Notes: generated by a model from the sequence alone, not told the origin. DNA of 64,000 nucleotides from an uncultured Clostridium sp. (GCA_947064765.1 CAMSWH010000003.1:9990-73989); one strand, 5' to 3'; counted from the stretch's first letter, positions 26,159 through 36,515 are shown. Numbers and translations are program-made.

Positions 26159-28105
26159 TTATAAATTTTCCTTCAAAATTCCCTCCCTATATGCTGTTAA
26201 TAATTGTTTTAAATCGTTAATTTCTTCATTCAATTTTTTACCTATATCAGTATCTTTTACTCTTTTTCTATTTACTATATTTTCTTTTAAAACTGTTTGA
26301 GCTTTAATATCTAAACCTTCTTCTATAGCTTTATTTTTAGATTCAAATGGTTCATTCATTGCTAGAACAAGACCATTAGAATTATAAGTTAATGTATATC
26401 CTGCAATTCCTGTTGTTGATTGATATGCCTTTGCAAAACCACCATCTATAACTATCATTTTTCCATTTGCTTTTACTGGACTTTCTCCATCTTTAGCTTT
26501 TACAGGCATATGTCCATTAATTATATGTCCATCTTCTACATCTGACTCAAAGTTTTCTAATATCTTATTACAAATTTCTTCATCATTTATTAAAGTATAA
26601 TAAGGATTTTTATGTTCCTTATGAAGTTCTTTTTCTTCTATAAAATATCTTTCAAAAGTTGCAGCTTTATCTTTTCCAAATAATGGTGATTTCGGTCCAC
26701 ACCAAAAATACCACATCAAATCTATAGCTTCTTGATTTCTCTCATTTTTCTCTCCGAAATAGGCTTTATGTGCAATATTTTCAATATGCTCTAATAGTTC
26801 TTTTCCTTTAAGTGCTTTTCCCATAAGTTCAACCTTATCAAATTCTCCATTTTCTTTCATTGGTATGCATCCATGAAATAAAATATTTGAATTAAAACTT
26901 TGATACATATGACCTTTTGCATATAAAAAATTAACATGTTTATTAAGTTTTTCACTATGCATAAATGAAATTTTTAATCTTTCTATAATCTGCTCTTCTT
27001 CTTTTGTTAATTTGTATGGATTTTTTACATCTATTGTTGGAAAATTAGTATCTGTAAGTTTATATTCTTCATCATTTATTTTTACAATTCCTCTTTCTAA
27101 ATCCATTTTATCAAGTAATAATCTATCTTTCATCTTATATTCAGGATGTCTTTTTATAAGTTTACCTTCAAGTTTTAATTGAATAACAGATATTGCTTTT
27201 TGTATTTTTGATAAAACTATTTTATCTGTATTACTATATTTTGACATTTCTTTATTTTTAGGTAAAAATGCTTTACAATCATCATCTTTATAAGTTTCTG
27301 TTGCAAAAATAGATAAAGGTCTTATATTTATTCCATATCCCTCTTCTAATGTTGATAAATTATCATATCTACTACATATTCTTATAACATTACTAATACA
27401 TGCTTCATTTCCACTTGCAGCCCCCATCCAAAGCACATCATGATTTCCCCACTCTATGTCCAAACTGTGAAAATTCATTAATTTATCCATTATAATTGGA
27501 GCTCCTGGTCCTCTATCATAAATATCACCTACAATATGTAAATGATCTATCGCCATTCGTTTTATTAATTCTGATATTGCAATAATAAAATTATCAGCTC
27601 TATTTAAATCAATAATGCTTTCAACAATTTGTTTATAATATTGTTCTTTATTTGCATCTTCTCCTTGAAGATGTAGTAATTCATCTATTATATAATCAAA
27701 TCCTTCAGGCATTGCTTTTCTAACTTTTGAACGAGTATATTTTGAACTTACAGCTTTTGTAACTTCAATTAATCTATATAAAGTAATTCTATACCACTCA
27801 TTCAAATTATCTTTTTCTTTTTTTACTAAATTTAATTTTTCTTCTGGATAATATATTAAAGTGGCTAAATTTTTTCTATCCTCTTCTGCTAAAGTTTTTT
27901 CATAAATATCTTCTATCTTACTTTTTATTATTCCTGAGCCATTATTAAGAATATGTATAAATGCCTCATACTCTCCATGAATATCACTTAAAAATAATTC
28001 TGTTCCTTTTGGAAGGTTTAAAATTGCTTGAAGATTTATAATCTCTTCACTAACTTCTTGTATATTTTTATATGTTTTACTTAATAAACTTAAATATTTG
28101 TCCAT
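26159..28105 (-). CDS. fbp: fructose-1,6-bisphosphatase class 3
   Basis: Firmicute-type FBPase_2 with metallophosphoesterase motifs (GDIYDRGP, GNHD). Start moved to ATG 28105 (AAGGAG upstream). The track start adds 27 residues. Confidence 0.95.
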   Translation of the reverse strand: MDKYLSLLSKTYKNIQEVSEEIINLQAILNLPKGTELFLSDIHGEYEAFIHILNNGSGIIKSKIEDIYEKTLAEEDRKNLATLIYYPEEKLNLVKKEKDNLNEWYRITLYRLIEVTKAVSSKYTRSKVRKAMPEGFDYIIDELLHLQGEDANKEQYYKQIVESIIDLNRADNFIIAISELIKRMAIDHLHIVGDIYDRGPGAPIIMDKLMNFHSLDIEWGNHDVLWMGAASGNEACISNVIRICSRYDNLSTLEEGYGINIRPLSIFATETYKDDDCKAFLPKNKEMSKYSNTDKIVLSKIQKAISVIQLKLEGKLIKRHPEYKMKDRLLLDKMDLERGIVKINDEEYKLTDTNFPTIDVKNPYKLTKEEEQIIERLKISFMHSEKLNKHVNFLYAKGHMYQSFNSNILFHGCIPMKENGEFDKVELMGKALKGKELLEHIENIAHKAYFGEKNERNQEAIDLMWYFWCGPKSPLFGKDKAATFERYFIEEKELHKEHKNPYYTLINDEEICNKILENFESDVEDGHIINGHMPVKAKDGESPVKANGKMIVIDGGFAKAYQSTTGIAGYTLTYNSNGLVLAMNEPFESKNKAIEEGLDIKAQTVLKENIVNRKRVKDTDIGKKLNEEINDLKQLLTAYREGILKENL

Positions 28106-28277
28106 CGTTTTTACTCCTTGTATTTTTATCAAAACTTTATCATTAAAATAACACAAATCATTTGCCAATTCTATAATAAAATTCATTTTAAAATTTTATT
28201 AATAATTTATGAAATTTATATGAATAACTAATGTATTTTTTGGAAAATATAACTTTAAATATTTCTATAAAAAGGAG

Positions 28278-28751
28278 ATGATTTTTTTGAAACCTATTCA
28301 AAGTAAAGAAGAATATCAAACATATGTTGATTATAAAACACCTAATTCTCCAATATTAAAAAATTGCTTTAATGCATTTTGGGTTGGTGGATTAATCTGT
28401 GCAATTGGTCAAATTATATTTGAAATATGTAAAATGCGTGGAATTGATGAAACAAATTCCTATACTATAGTATCTATGCTTCTAGTTTTCTCTAGTGCTT
28501 TTTTAACAGCTCTTAACATATTTAACAAAATTGGAAAATTCGCTGGAGCAGGTTCTTTAATTCCAATTACAGGTTTTGCAAACTCAATAGTTTCACCAGC
28601 AATGGAATACAAATCAGAAGGATATATAATGGGTGTTGGTGCAAAAATGTTTACTGTTGCAGGTCCTGTACTTGTATATGGAATTTCTGCAAGTATTATT
28701 GTAGGTATAATTTACATTATATTTAATACACAAAGTTTAATACTCGTCTAA
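28278..28751 (+). CDS. spoVAC: stage V sporulation protein AC
   Basis: About 150 aa, 4-TM SpoVAC/SpoVAEB family (FWVGGLICAIGQ, GAGSLIPITGFANS). The true start may be TTG about 9 nt downstream. Confidence 0.9.
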   Translation: MIFLKPIQSKEEYQTYVDYKTPNSPILKNCFNAFWVGGLICAIGQIIFEICKMRGIDETNSYTIVSMLLVFSSAFLTALNIFNKIGKFAGAGSLIPITGFANSIVSPAMEYKSEGYIMGVGAKMFTVAGPVLVYGISASIIVGIIYIIFNTQSLILV

Positions 28752-28777
28752 TCAATACAAAATATTTATTAAGGAAG

Positions 28778-29791
28778 GTGATTTTTATAAAAAAAGTCGG
28801 TAATCAAAGTTATATTTTATCTAATCCTGTAAACATTACATCAACTGCAGCTATTGTAGGACCTAAAGAAAAAGAAGGTCCACTCCATCAATATTTTGAT
28901 CAATGTTTAGAAGATGAATTTTGGGGTGAAAAAAGCTGGGAGTCAGCTGAAAGTAAAATAGTAAAAGAAACTGTAAATATGGCAATTTCAAAATCTGGAA
29001 TTGCATCAAGTGATATTGATTTTTGTTTTGCAGGAGATTTATTAAATCAATGTATTGCATCATCTTTTGGATTAAGAGAAACTAATATACCATTTATTGG
29101 TCTATTCGGTGCATGTTCTACATTTGTTGAATCACTATTAGTTGGTTCTAGTTTTATAGATGGAGATTTTGCAACTAATGTAATATGCTCTGCATCAAGT
29201 CATTTTTGTAGTGCAGAAAAACAATTTAGATTTCCATTAGAACTTGGAAATCAACGTCCCCCATCAAGTCAATGGACTGTTACAGGTGCTGGTTGTGCTG
29301 TTCTTACAAAAAATGGAAATGGTCCATTTATAACAAGTTTTACACCAGGAAAAATAGTGGATATGGGAATTAAAGATGCAAATAATATGGGGGCTGCAAT
29401 GGCAGGAGCTGCTGAAGATACTTTAATTTCTCATTTTAAAGATACTGGTAGAAATCCAAGTTATTATGATGCTATATTCACTGGTGATTTAGGTCATATT
29501 GGAAAAGATATTTTAATAGATTTAGCCTCTTCAAAAGGTTATAATATAAAATCAAACTATAATGATTGTGGTGTTCTTATTTTTGATAAAGAAAACCAAG
29601 ATACACACTCTGGAGGCTCTGGATGCGGATGTATAGCAAGTGTATTTTCTGGATATGTTTATAAAATGCTACAAGAAAAAAAATATAAAAAAGTTTTAAT
29701 GATAGCAACTGGTGCATTAATGAATTCAACAAGTACTCAACAAGGTGAATCAATTCCTGGAATTGCTCATGCTGTGAGTATCGAACTTTAG
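28778..29791 (+). CDS. spoVAD: stage V sporulation protein AD
   Basis: 337 aa, thiolase-like SpoVAD (GACSTFVESL, GGSGCGC). GTG start overlaps the RBS, so the start is uncertain by a few codons. Confidence 0.9.
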   Translation: MIFIKKVGNQSYILSNPVNITSTAAIVGPKEKEGPLHQYFDQCLEDEFWGEKSWESAESKIVKETVNMAISKSGIASSDIDFCFAGDLLNQCIASSFGLRETNIPFIGLFGACSTFVESLLVGSSFIDGDFATNVICSASSHFCSAEKQFRFPLELGNQRPPSSQWTVTGAGCAVLTKNGNGPFITSFTPGKIVDMGIKDANNMGAAMAGAAEDTLISHFKDTGRNPSYYDAIFTGDLGHIGKDILIDLASSKGYNIKSNYNDCGVLIFDKENQDTHSGGSGCGCIASVFSGYVYKMLQEKKYKKVLMIATGALMNSTSTQQGESIPGIAHAVSIEL

Positions 29792-29806
29792 AAAGGAGCA
29801 ATTTTT

Positions 29807-30175
29807 ATGGATTGGTATATGGTTTTAAAAGCTTTTATTGTTGGAGGTATTATTTGTATTATTGGACAGATTTTAATAGATAAAACTAAACTTACTCCAG
29901 CACGTATTCTAGTAACATATGTTACAACTGGTGTTATTTTAGGCGGACTTGGATGGTATAAATATTTAATAGATTTTGCAGGCTGTGGTGCTACTGTTCC
30001 ACTTACTGGATTTGGAAGTTTACTAGCTAAAGGTACTATAAGTGAAGTTAGTTCATCTGGTCTAATTGGCGCTTTCACTGGTGGAATTAAAGCAGCTGCT
30101 GGTGGAATTGCTGCAGCAATATTCTTTGGATATATTGCCTCTTTAGTTTCAAAACCAAAAATAAAAAAACAGTAA
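29807..30175 (+). CDS. spoVAE: stage V sporulation protein AE (SpoVAEb type)
   Basis: 122 aa. Paralogous to SpoVAC (FIVGGIICIIGQ, GATVPLTGFG). Third gene of the spoVA block. Confidence 0.85.
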   Translation: MDWYMVLKAFIVGGIICIIGQILIDKTKLTPARILVTYVTTGVILGGLGWYKYLIDFAGCGATVPLTGFGSLLAKGTISEVSSSGLIGAFTGGIKAAAGGIAAAIFFGYIASLVSKPKIKKQ

Positions 30176-30177
30176 TT

Positions 30178-30206
30178 TTGAAAACAACTCCAATATATGG
30201 TATAAT
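30178..30206 (+). promoter_or_regulatory. sigma-A type promoter of the secreted orphan gene
   Basis: TTGAAA (30178-30183), 17 nt, TATAAT (30201-30206). The ~110-nt leader carries a 9-bp hairpin TAGCTTAAC (30224-30232) / GTTAAGCTA (30260-30268). Confidence 0.55.
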
Positions 30207-30317
30207 TATTTTATAGGGATTCTTAGCTTAACTCTTTTACTAGCACTTCGCATGGTATTGTTAAGCTATATGCTTTTGGGATTTATCATTTTTTTCTTTT
30301 TGAAGGGGGCTCTTAAT

Positions 30318-31559
30318 ATGAGTACGAAAATGATTAAATCTATGATGAGTAACACGTTAACCTTAGCATTGGCATTAGTGATTTTTATGATGTCCTTTGC
30401 CCCATCCATTGCATATGCAGCAGCAGATCAGTCTCCATATGGTTTTACTTATGATGACTCTGCAAGTGGAAAAACAGAATATATTTACTATAACTATTCC
30501 GCCAAAGAAGACTCTTTCGTTCAGTCTCGGGAATTTTATAGCAAAGCTACCTCTGTATATACCTCTACTGGAGTTTTTGTATCTAGTACACTTGCTTCAG
30601 GATCACTGTGTAATGGTTTTGGATTATTAGGTGCGTTTTATATCATCACACCAGAAACTGCTGTTAAGATTGTAACTCTTAATAACGAAGTTTATACTGT
30701 CGTTCAAAGTGGTGCAATCAAATTTCTTTACAATTCAAACGATCTGGCCATTAGTGTTGTAACAACATCTGGAACTTATGATTTATCTACACTCAAAAAG
30801 ATTTCAGATACTGATGATGGTACTTCATTAAATCCAATTAAGAAATCGGCAAATCGTGTTGAAATGTATTCCAATTCTGCTGGCGAACTGACTTATGATG
30901 CTTATAAAAATGGCATTTTAAAAACTCAGCTTGTAGTCAGTAAAAATGGTAAAAAAGTATTAAATGTAACATCTGATGTTATACTTACAGATTATCTGAA
31001 AGGTGCAAAATTTGTTGGATTCGATAGATCCTACAATGTTTATTTGTACGAGACCGACATCCTTTATAGGTTCATAAATGGTCAGTGGTATTCCGCCGAA
31101 AAAATTTCGCTTAGTGGAACTTACAAAACTTTCAGACCTGATGATAATGGCTTTATCGAATCAATAATCATTAAAGAATCAGATGGTGCAGAAAAAACTT
31201 TAGGAATAAAACAACTAACTGCTTCTGGCAAATGGAGAGCAAAAAAAACATATACAGTAACAAAATCAAACTATGTTACGCTTTACGTTAAAGGCAGCAG
31301 TAAATCGAACACACTCATGAAAACTTCAGGAAATTTGCAATTTAATGGAAATGTTATTGCTCTTAAGATTTCAAAATATGGCTTTACAAAATCCAAAAAG
31401 ATTTTTTATGTAAAAAATGGAACAGCCTATACAGCAAGTCTTAGTGATCCATATAATGCAAAAAAACTTTGTTCAAATGTAAAGTCTGTTAAGAAAAATA
31501 AACTTGGACTTATTTACAAAGTTATTTTGAAAAATGGAAAAAGCAAAACAGTGCGTTAG
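30318..31559 (+). CDS. 413-aa secreted protein of unknown function (GC-richer than surroundings)
   Basis: ATG 30318 after GAAGGGGG. Signal peptide MSTKMIKSMMSNTLTLALALVIFMMSFAPSIAYA|AAD. The upstream part of the track ORF (from 30252) covers the leader hairpin and is unlikely to be coding. Confidence 0.7.
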   Translation: MSTKMIKSMMSNTLTLALALVIFMMSFAPSIAYAAADQSPYGFTYDDSASGKTEYIYYNYSAKEDSFVQSREFYSKATSVYTSTGVFVSSTLASGSLCNGFGLLGAFYIITPETAVKIVTLNNEVYTVVQSGAIKFLYNSNDLAISVVTTSGTYDLSTLKKISDTDDGTSLNPIKKSANRVEMYSNSAGELTYDAYKNGILKTQLVVSKNGKKVLNVTSDVILTDYLKGAKFVGFDRSYNVYLYETDILYRFINGQWYSAEKISLSGTYKTFRPDDNGFIESIIIKESDGAEKTLGIKQLTASGKWRAKKTYTVTKSNYVTLYVKGSSKSNTLMKTSGNLQFNGNVIALKISKYGFTKSKKIFYVKNGTAYTASLSDPYNAKKLCSNVKSVKKNKLGLIYKVILKNGKSKTVR

Positions 31560-31631
31560 TTGCTACCTGTAATTATATCTGTTAGTTAATCCCTATTTAC
31601 TAATTGACATGATGAGTCCCAAGAGCGTACA

Positions 31632-31660
31632 AGAAGTGGTGCATACCGCTTCTTTTTTTA
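31632..31660 (+). terminator. terminator of the secreted orphan gene
   Basis: AGAAGTGG (31632-31639) / CCGCTTCT (31646-31653) followed by T7. Confidence 0.8.
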
Positions 31661-31674
31661 TTTTTTAAAAATAC

Positions 31675-31688
31675 CGAACATTTTTTCG
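31675..31688. promoter_or_regulatory. LexA (Cheo-box)-like site, weak
   Basis: CGAACATTTTTTCG versus the Firmicute consensus CGAACnnnnGTTCG (one core mismatch), just upstream of the -35. A weaker CGAACATTTATTTT lies at 31746-31759. Confidence 0.3.
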
Positions 31689-31697
31689 AAAAAAGTA

Positions 31698-31726
31698 TTG
31701 ACATTTTAAATTTTAAAATGTAAAAT
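31698..31726 (+). promoter_or_regulatory. promoter of the DUF45/YgjP-like gene
   Basis: TTGACA (31698-31703), 17 nt, TAAAAT (31721-31726). Confidence 0.55.
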
Positions 31727-31774
31727 AAGACAAACAGATTTTTAGCGAACATTTATTTTATAGGAGGAATAAAA

Positions 31775-32350
31775 ATGAATATTTTTAAAATAGTAAAAAA
31801 TGGTAATATCAAAGGAAATTCACACATTAGCAAGGATGAATTTATATTAGGAAAAGATGAAACATTATTACCAAAATTCACAAGAATATTTGGGTTAAAT
31901 TACTCTATTAATGTATATTATTTAAAAACAGAAAAACCAGAATTAAATCTTAAAGAAAATTGTATAAATATTCATTTACCTATGAATTATAGAAAAAGAA
32001 ATAATCAAAAATTATTAAATGCTATTTTATTAAAAATGTATACTCAAATAGCAGAAAATGAATTAGAAAATGTTATGGAAAAAGCAAGACATATATTTGG
32101 ATTTGCACCAGAAGATTATAAAATACAAAAAATTTCAGGAATGCTTGCTACTTGTGATAAAGATTTACAATCAATATTAATAAATCCGTATATTGTAATG
32201 TATTCAAAAGAAATTATAGAATATATTGTATTTCATGAATTTTGTCATTTAAAATATAAAACACATTCAAAAAAATTCTATGAAATGTTAAAACAATATA
32301 AACCCAATTATGAAAAAATAGCAAAACAAATACCTAATTTAAAATATTAA
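31775..32350 (+). CDS. YgjP/DUF45-family (SprT-like) zinc metallopeptidase
   Basis: 191 aa. The pattern ...LATCDKDLQSILINPYIVMYSKEIIEYIVFHEFCHLKYKTHSKKFYEML matches the DUF45 layout (WGSC-like block, then HExxH). Confidence 0.75.
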   Translation: MNIFKIVKNGNIKGNSHISKDEFILGKDETLLPKFTRIFGLNYSINVYYLKTEKPELNLKENCINIHLPMNYRKRNNQKLLNAILLKMYTQIAENELENVMEKARHIFGFAPEDYKIQKISGMLATCDKDLQSILINPYIVMYSKEIIEYIVFHEFCHLKYKTHSKKFYEMLKQYKPNYEKIAKQIPNLKY

Positions 32351-32471
32351 TATCTTTTAATAAAAATATTTAATGCAAAAAACTTTACTAGCTCATACAT
32401 ATAATTTAATTTAAGAAATAAATATTTTTATGTATAACTTTACTAAATAGTTTGTATTTTCGTTTTGGTAT

Positions 32472-32508
32472 AAAAAAAGTATTTCTAAAAATTAGAAATA
32501 CTTTTTTA
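32472..32508. terminator. bidirectional terminator between the DUF45 gene and leuS
   Basis: AGTATTTCTA (32478-32487) / TAGAAATACT (32493-32502), flanked by A7 and T6 runs. Confidence 0.75.
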
Positions 32509-32523
32509 TATATTCAGCTATAT

Positions 32524-35115
32524 TTATTTAACTACTATATTGTAAATCTTTCCTTTTACATATATTTCTTTTACTACATTTTTTCCTGCTAAAACATTTT
32601 GAATTGTCTCATTACTATTAACTATAACTTTCACTTCTTCCTCTGTTGCTTCTTTTTCAGCAGTAATAACAGCTTTTACTTTTCCATTTACTTGCACTGG
32701 AATTTCTATTTCATCATCAATAGTTTTACTTTCATCATATTTTGGCCAAGATGTTTCATTAATAGTCTTGCTTTCTCCTATTATATTAAATAATTCCTCC
32801 GTCATATGTGGCGCAAATGGATTTAATAATTGTAAAAATGTTTTATATTCTGCTTTATTTATTTTTTTATCTTTATAAAATTCATTTGTCATTTTCATAA
32901 ATTCAGCAACTGATGTATTGAATTTCATTTCTTCTATATCTGATGTAACTTTTTTGATAGCTTTATGCATCATCTTCTCATGTTCTTTAGAGTATTCTTC
33001 TCCATCTACTAAAATATCTTGCATATTCCATACTCTATCCAAAAATTTACCACAACCTCTAATACTCTCCATAGACCATGGTGCTGTTTGATCAAAAGGT
33101 CCCATAAACATTTCATATACTCTAAATGTATCTGCTCCAAATTCTTTAACTATATCATCTGGATTTATAACATTTCCTTTTGATTTAGACATCTTCTCAC
33201 CATTTCCGCCTAAAATCATACCATGAGAAGTACGTTTTTGATATGGTTCTTTAGTAGGAACTACTCCTATATCATATAAGAATTTATGCCAAAATCTTGA
33301 ATATAATAAGTGAAGTGTTGTATGCTCCATTCCACCATTATACCAATCAATTGGTGACCAATATTCTAATGCTTCTTTTGAAGCTAAAGCTTCTTTATTA
33401 TGAGCATCCATATATCTTAAGAAATACCAAGAAGATCCTGCCCATTGTGGCATAGTATCTGTTTCCCTCTTTGCATCTTTACCACAGCATGGACATTTAG
33501 TTTTTATCCATTCTGTTTGTTTTGCTAAAGGCGATTCTCCATTTTCTCCAGGTTCATAATCTTCTATATCTGGAAGTACAAGTGGTAATTCTGACTCTGG
33601 AATTGGATTCCATCCACAGTCTTCACAATATACCATTGGTATTGGCTCTCCCCAATATCTTTGACGAGAAAATACCCAATCACGTAATTTATAATTTACT
33701 TGTTTTTTTCCTAATTTATTTTCTTCTATATAATCTATTGCTTTTTTTATAGCTTCTTTAGAAGTTAATCCATTTAAGAATCCTGAATTTACAGCTACAC
33801 CATTTTCCACATCTGTATATGGTTCTTTCATAAACATATCAGAATTGTCATTATTCATCAAATAGTCAAACTTAGCTTCTGCTTCACTTTGTAGCATATT
33901 CGTTTCATTATCGGATTTTGGAATAATAACTGGTTTTATAGGTAATTTAAATTTTTGAGCAAATTCAAAATCTCTATCATCATGTGCAGGAACTGCCATA
34001 ATAGCTCCTGTTCCATAAGTAATTAAAACATAATCTGAAATCCAAATAGGAATAGTTGTATTTGTTAAAGGATTTATAGCTTTTATTCCTTTTATTTCAA
34101 CACCTGTTTTTTCTTTATTAAGCTCAGCTCTTTCAAAATCAGATTTTAAAGCTGCTTTTTGTTTGTATTCATTTACTTCATCTAAATTTGTAATTTTATC
34201 TTCATATTTTTTTATTAAGTCATGTTCTGGCGCAATAACCATATATGTTGCACCAAAAATTGTATCTGGTCTTGTTGTATATATTTTTAAATATTCTCTT
34301 TTTAGTTTTTCATTTTCAACTTCTTTATTATAAAGTTCAACATCTTTTTTTAATACTTGTTCTTCTACTGATAATGTTTTATATACTTTTAAAGCAGATT
34401 TTTCAGGCATTACTTCAAAATTAACCTCTGCTCCTTCACTTCTACCAATCCAATTTTTTTGTTGAGCTTTTATTTTATCTAAGTAATCTATATCATCTAA
34501 ATCATCAATTAATCTTTGAGCATATTCTGTTATTTTTAACATCCATTGTGATTTTTCTTTTTGTACTACTGGACTACCACATCTCTCACAAACACCATTA
34601 ACAACTTCTTCGTTAGCTAAACCTACTTTACATCCTGTACAGAAATTGATTGGCATAGTTGCTTTATAAGCTAAACCATGTTTATATAATTGTATAAAAA
34701 TCCATTGAGTCCATTTATAGTATTCTGGATCTGTTGTATTTACTTCTCTTGACCAGTCAAAAGAAAAACCTAGAGCTTTTAATTGCTCTCTAAAATGATT
34801 TATATTATTTTCTGTTGTAATTTTTGGATGAACATGATTTTTTATCGCATAATTTTCAGCTGGGAGTCCGAAAGCATCAAAACCTATTGGATATAAAACA
34901 TTATATCCTTCCATTCTTTTCTTTCTTGCAATAATATCAAGTGCAGTATAAGATCTTGGATGACCAACATGTAATCCTTGTCCTGATGGATATGGGAATT
35001 CAATTAATCCATACCACTTTTTCTTATTTGTAAAATCTTGTTTTGCATTAAATGTACCTTCTTTGTACCATTTTTTTTGCCACTTTTCTTCTACTTCTTT
35101 AAAATTATACGCCAT
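32524..35115 (-). CDS. leuS: leucine--tRNA ligase
   Basis: HIGH ([10 protein letters not shown]) and KMSKS (KMSKSKGN) motifs, CP1 editing domain. Start moved to ATG 35115 after GGGAG. Confidence 0.95.
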   Translation of the reverse strand: MAYNFKEVEEKWQKKWYKEGTFNAKQDFTNKKKWYGLIEFPYPSGQGLHVGHPRSYTALDIIARKKRMEGYNVLYPIGFDAFGLPAENYAIKNHVHPKITTENNINHFREQLKALGFSFDWSREVNTTDPEYYKWTQWIFIQLYKHGLAYKATMPINFCTGCKVGLANEEVVNGVCERCGSPVVQKEKSQWMLKITEYAQRLIDDLDDIDYLDKIKAQQKNWIGRSEGAEVNFEVMPEKSALKVYKTLSVEEQVLKKDVELYNKEVENEKLKREYLKIYTTRPDTIFGATYMVIAPEHDLIKKYEDKITNLDEVNEYKQKAALKSDFERAELNKEKTGVEIKGIKAINPLTNTTIPIWISDYVLITYGTGAIMAVPAHDDRDFEFAQKFKLPIKPVIIPKSDNETNMLQSEAEAKFDYLMNNDNSDMFMKEPYTDVENGVAVNSGFLNGLTSKEAIKKAIDYIEENKLGKKQVNYKLRDWVFSRQRYWGEPIPMVYCEDCGWNPIPESELPLVLPDIEDYEPGENGESPLAKQTEWIKTKCPCCGKDAKRETDTMPQWAGSSWYFLRYMDAHNKEALASKEALEYWSPIDWYNGGMEHTTLHLLYSRFWHKFLYDIGVVPTKEPYQKRTSHGMILGGNGEKMSKSKGNVINPDDIVKEFGADTFRVYEMFMGPFDQTAPWSMESIRGCGKFLDRVWNMQDILVDGEEYSKEHEKMMHKAIKKVTSDIEEMKFNTSVAEFMKMTNEFYKDKKINKAEYKTFLQLLNPFAPHMTEELFNIIGESKTINETSWPKYDESKTIDDEIEIPVQVNGKVKAVITAEKEATEEEVKVIVNSNETIQNVLAGKNVVKEIYVKGKIYNIVVK

Positions 35116-35185
35116 AACTTTCACTCCCTCTTATTTTATGATGTTTCATATTATATATCACTCTAAGTTTTTTTGCAATAATATA

Positions 35186-35214
35186 ATAAAAAAAGAGATT
35201 AAAAATCTCTTTTT
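35186..35214 (-). terminator. terminator after rplT
   Basis: AAAGAGATT (35192-35200) / AATCTCTTT (35204-35212), with a U-run on the minus strand. Confidence 0.65.
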
Positions 35215-35236
35215 CATTTATCTTTGATATTTCATT

Positions 35237-35587
35237 TTAAGCTTTTTTTGCTATTTCTGCAAGTTCTGCAAATGCTTTACTATCTGAAACAGCTATTTCT
35301 GCTAACATTTTTCTATTTATAGTTACATTAGCTTTCTTTAAGCCAGCTATCATTTTGCTATATGTTAATCCATTCATTCTAGCTGCTGCATTAATTCTAA
35401 CTATCCATAATTTTCTAAAATCTGATTTTTTATCTTTTCTTCCTACATATGCATACATTCCAGATTTCATAACTGCTTGTTTAGCATTTCTATATCTGTA
35501 ATGTTTTGCTCCATAGTATCCTTTTGCTTGTTTTAATACTTTTTTATGTCTTGCTCTTGTTGTTCTTGCTGTTTTTACTCTTGCCAT
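35237..35587 (-). CDS. rplT: 50S ribosomal protein L20
   Basis: 116 aa. [28 protein letters not shown] is the canonical L20 N-terminus. Confidence 0.97.
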   Translation of the reverse strand: MARVKTARTTRARHKKVLKQAKGYYGAKHYRYRNAKQAVMKSGMYAYVGRKDKKSDFRKLWIVRINAAARMNGLTYSKMIAGLKKANVTINRKMLAEIAVSDSKAFAELAEIAKKA

Positions 35588-35622
35588 TTATTTTCAACTC
35601 CTTCTATTCTAAATTTCTTCTA

Positions 35623-35826
35623 CTAATTACCATATGGTAATAATCTTTTAATTCCTGCTACTACAGTTTTATCTGCATATGCATTTTGAACTTTTCCTGT
35701 TTTTCTTTGTCTTGCTGTTTTTGTTGCTAAACGGTGTCTTCTATTAGCTTTTGTTCTTTTTACTTTTTCTGTAGCTGTATAAGCATATCTTTTGCTTGCA
35801 GCTTTATTTGTTTTTAATTTTGGCAT
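35623..35826 (-). CDS. rpmI: 50S ribosomal protein L35
   Basis: 67 aa. MPKLKTNKAASKRY... is the canonical L35. Confidence 0.95.
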   Translation of the reverse strand: MPKLKTNKAASKRYAYTATEKVKRTKANRRHRLATKTARQRKTGKVQNAYADKTVVAGIKRLLPYGN

Positions 35827-35849
35827 AATCTAAAACTCCCTTCAATTTT

Positions 35850-36362
35850 TTATATTTTTTTTGTTAAAATTACAAACATTGTTTTACCTTCCAAGAACGG
35901 CTTTTTTTCAACCGTTGATATATCTGATAAATCTTCTGCAAATTTATTTAAAACTGTTTCACCAGCTTTAACATTATTTAGCTCTCTTCCTCTAAATCTT
36001 ACAGTAAATTTTACTTTATTTCCAGCTTCTAAAAAAGCTCTAGCATTTTTACTTTTAAATCCAAAGTCATGATCACCAATATTTGGTGTAACTCTTATCT
36101 CTTTTAATTCAACAGTTTTTTGATTTTTTCTAGACTCTTTTTCTTTTTTTGCTTGTTCAAATTTATATTTTCCATAGTTCATTAATTTACAAACTACTGG
36201 AGTAGCATTTGGAGAAACTAAAACTAAATCTAAATTCTTTTCTTCAGCAATTTCTATTGCTTCATCTATTGAAAGAACTCCTAATTTTTCTCCATTATCA
36301 CTAATGACTTGAACTTCTTTTTCTCTTATTTGTCTATTTATAGGCAATTCTTGTTTTATAAT
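35850..36362 (-). CDS. infC: translation initiation factor IF-3, probable AUU start
   Basis: INRQIREKEVQVI... matches IF-3. In-frame ATT at 36362-36360 lies 6 nt after GGAGG. The track TTG 36347 is 5 codons downstream. A non-AUG start is the known IF-3 autoregulatory feature. Confidence 0.9.
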   Translation of the reverse strand: MIKQELPINRQIREKEVQVISDNGEKLGVLSIDEAIEIAEEKNLDLVLVSPNATPVVCKLMNYGKYKFEQAKKEKESRKNQKTVELKEIRVTPNIGDHDFGFKSKNARAFLEAGNKVKFTVRFRGRELNNVKAGETVLNKFAEDLSDISTVEKKPFLEGKTMFVILTKKI

Positions 36363-36510
36363 AAAACACCTCCAAAAAAAAAATTTGACTTATTTTAAAA
36401 AGTCAAATCCACATATCAATTCATTATAATTACTATTGCATTATTATTGAATTTTAACCTTATACTCTCATTTAAGATAAGGTGAGAAGTGGATACTTCT
36501 TCTTAAAACA
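36363..36510 (-). promoter_or_regulatory. L20-type leader / attenuator of the infC-rpmI-rplT operon
   Basis: The ~145-nt leader has hairpins (GAAGAAGUAUCCACUUCUC, ACCUUAUC...AUAAGGU). It ends in the terminator AUUUGACU/AGUCAAAU (plus 36383-36408) plus U10, directly before the infC RBS. Assignment is by position and architecture only. Confidence 0.5.
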
Positions 36511-36515
36511 TAAAT

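Noticed and set aside
26159-28186. Longer N-termini given by the ORF track for fbp, serS, engB, pilC, leuS, the Dcd-like gene and the secreted orphan.
   Set aside because: In each case an internal ATG with a well-spaced GGAG-type RBS matches the conserved N-terminus of the family. The upstream extension has no RBS or overlaps regulatory hairpins.
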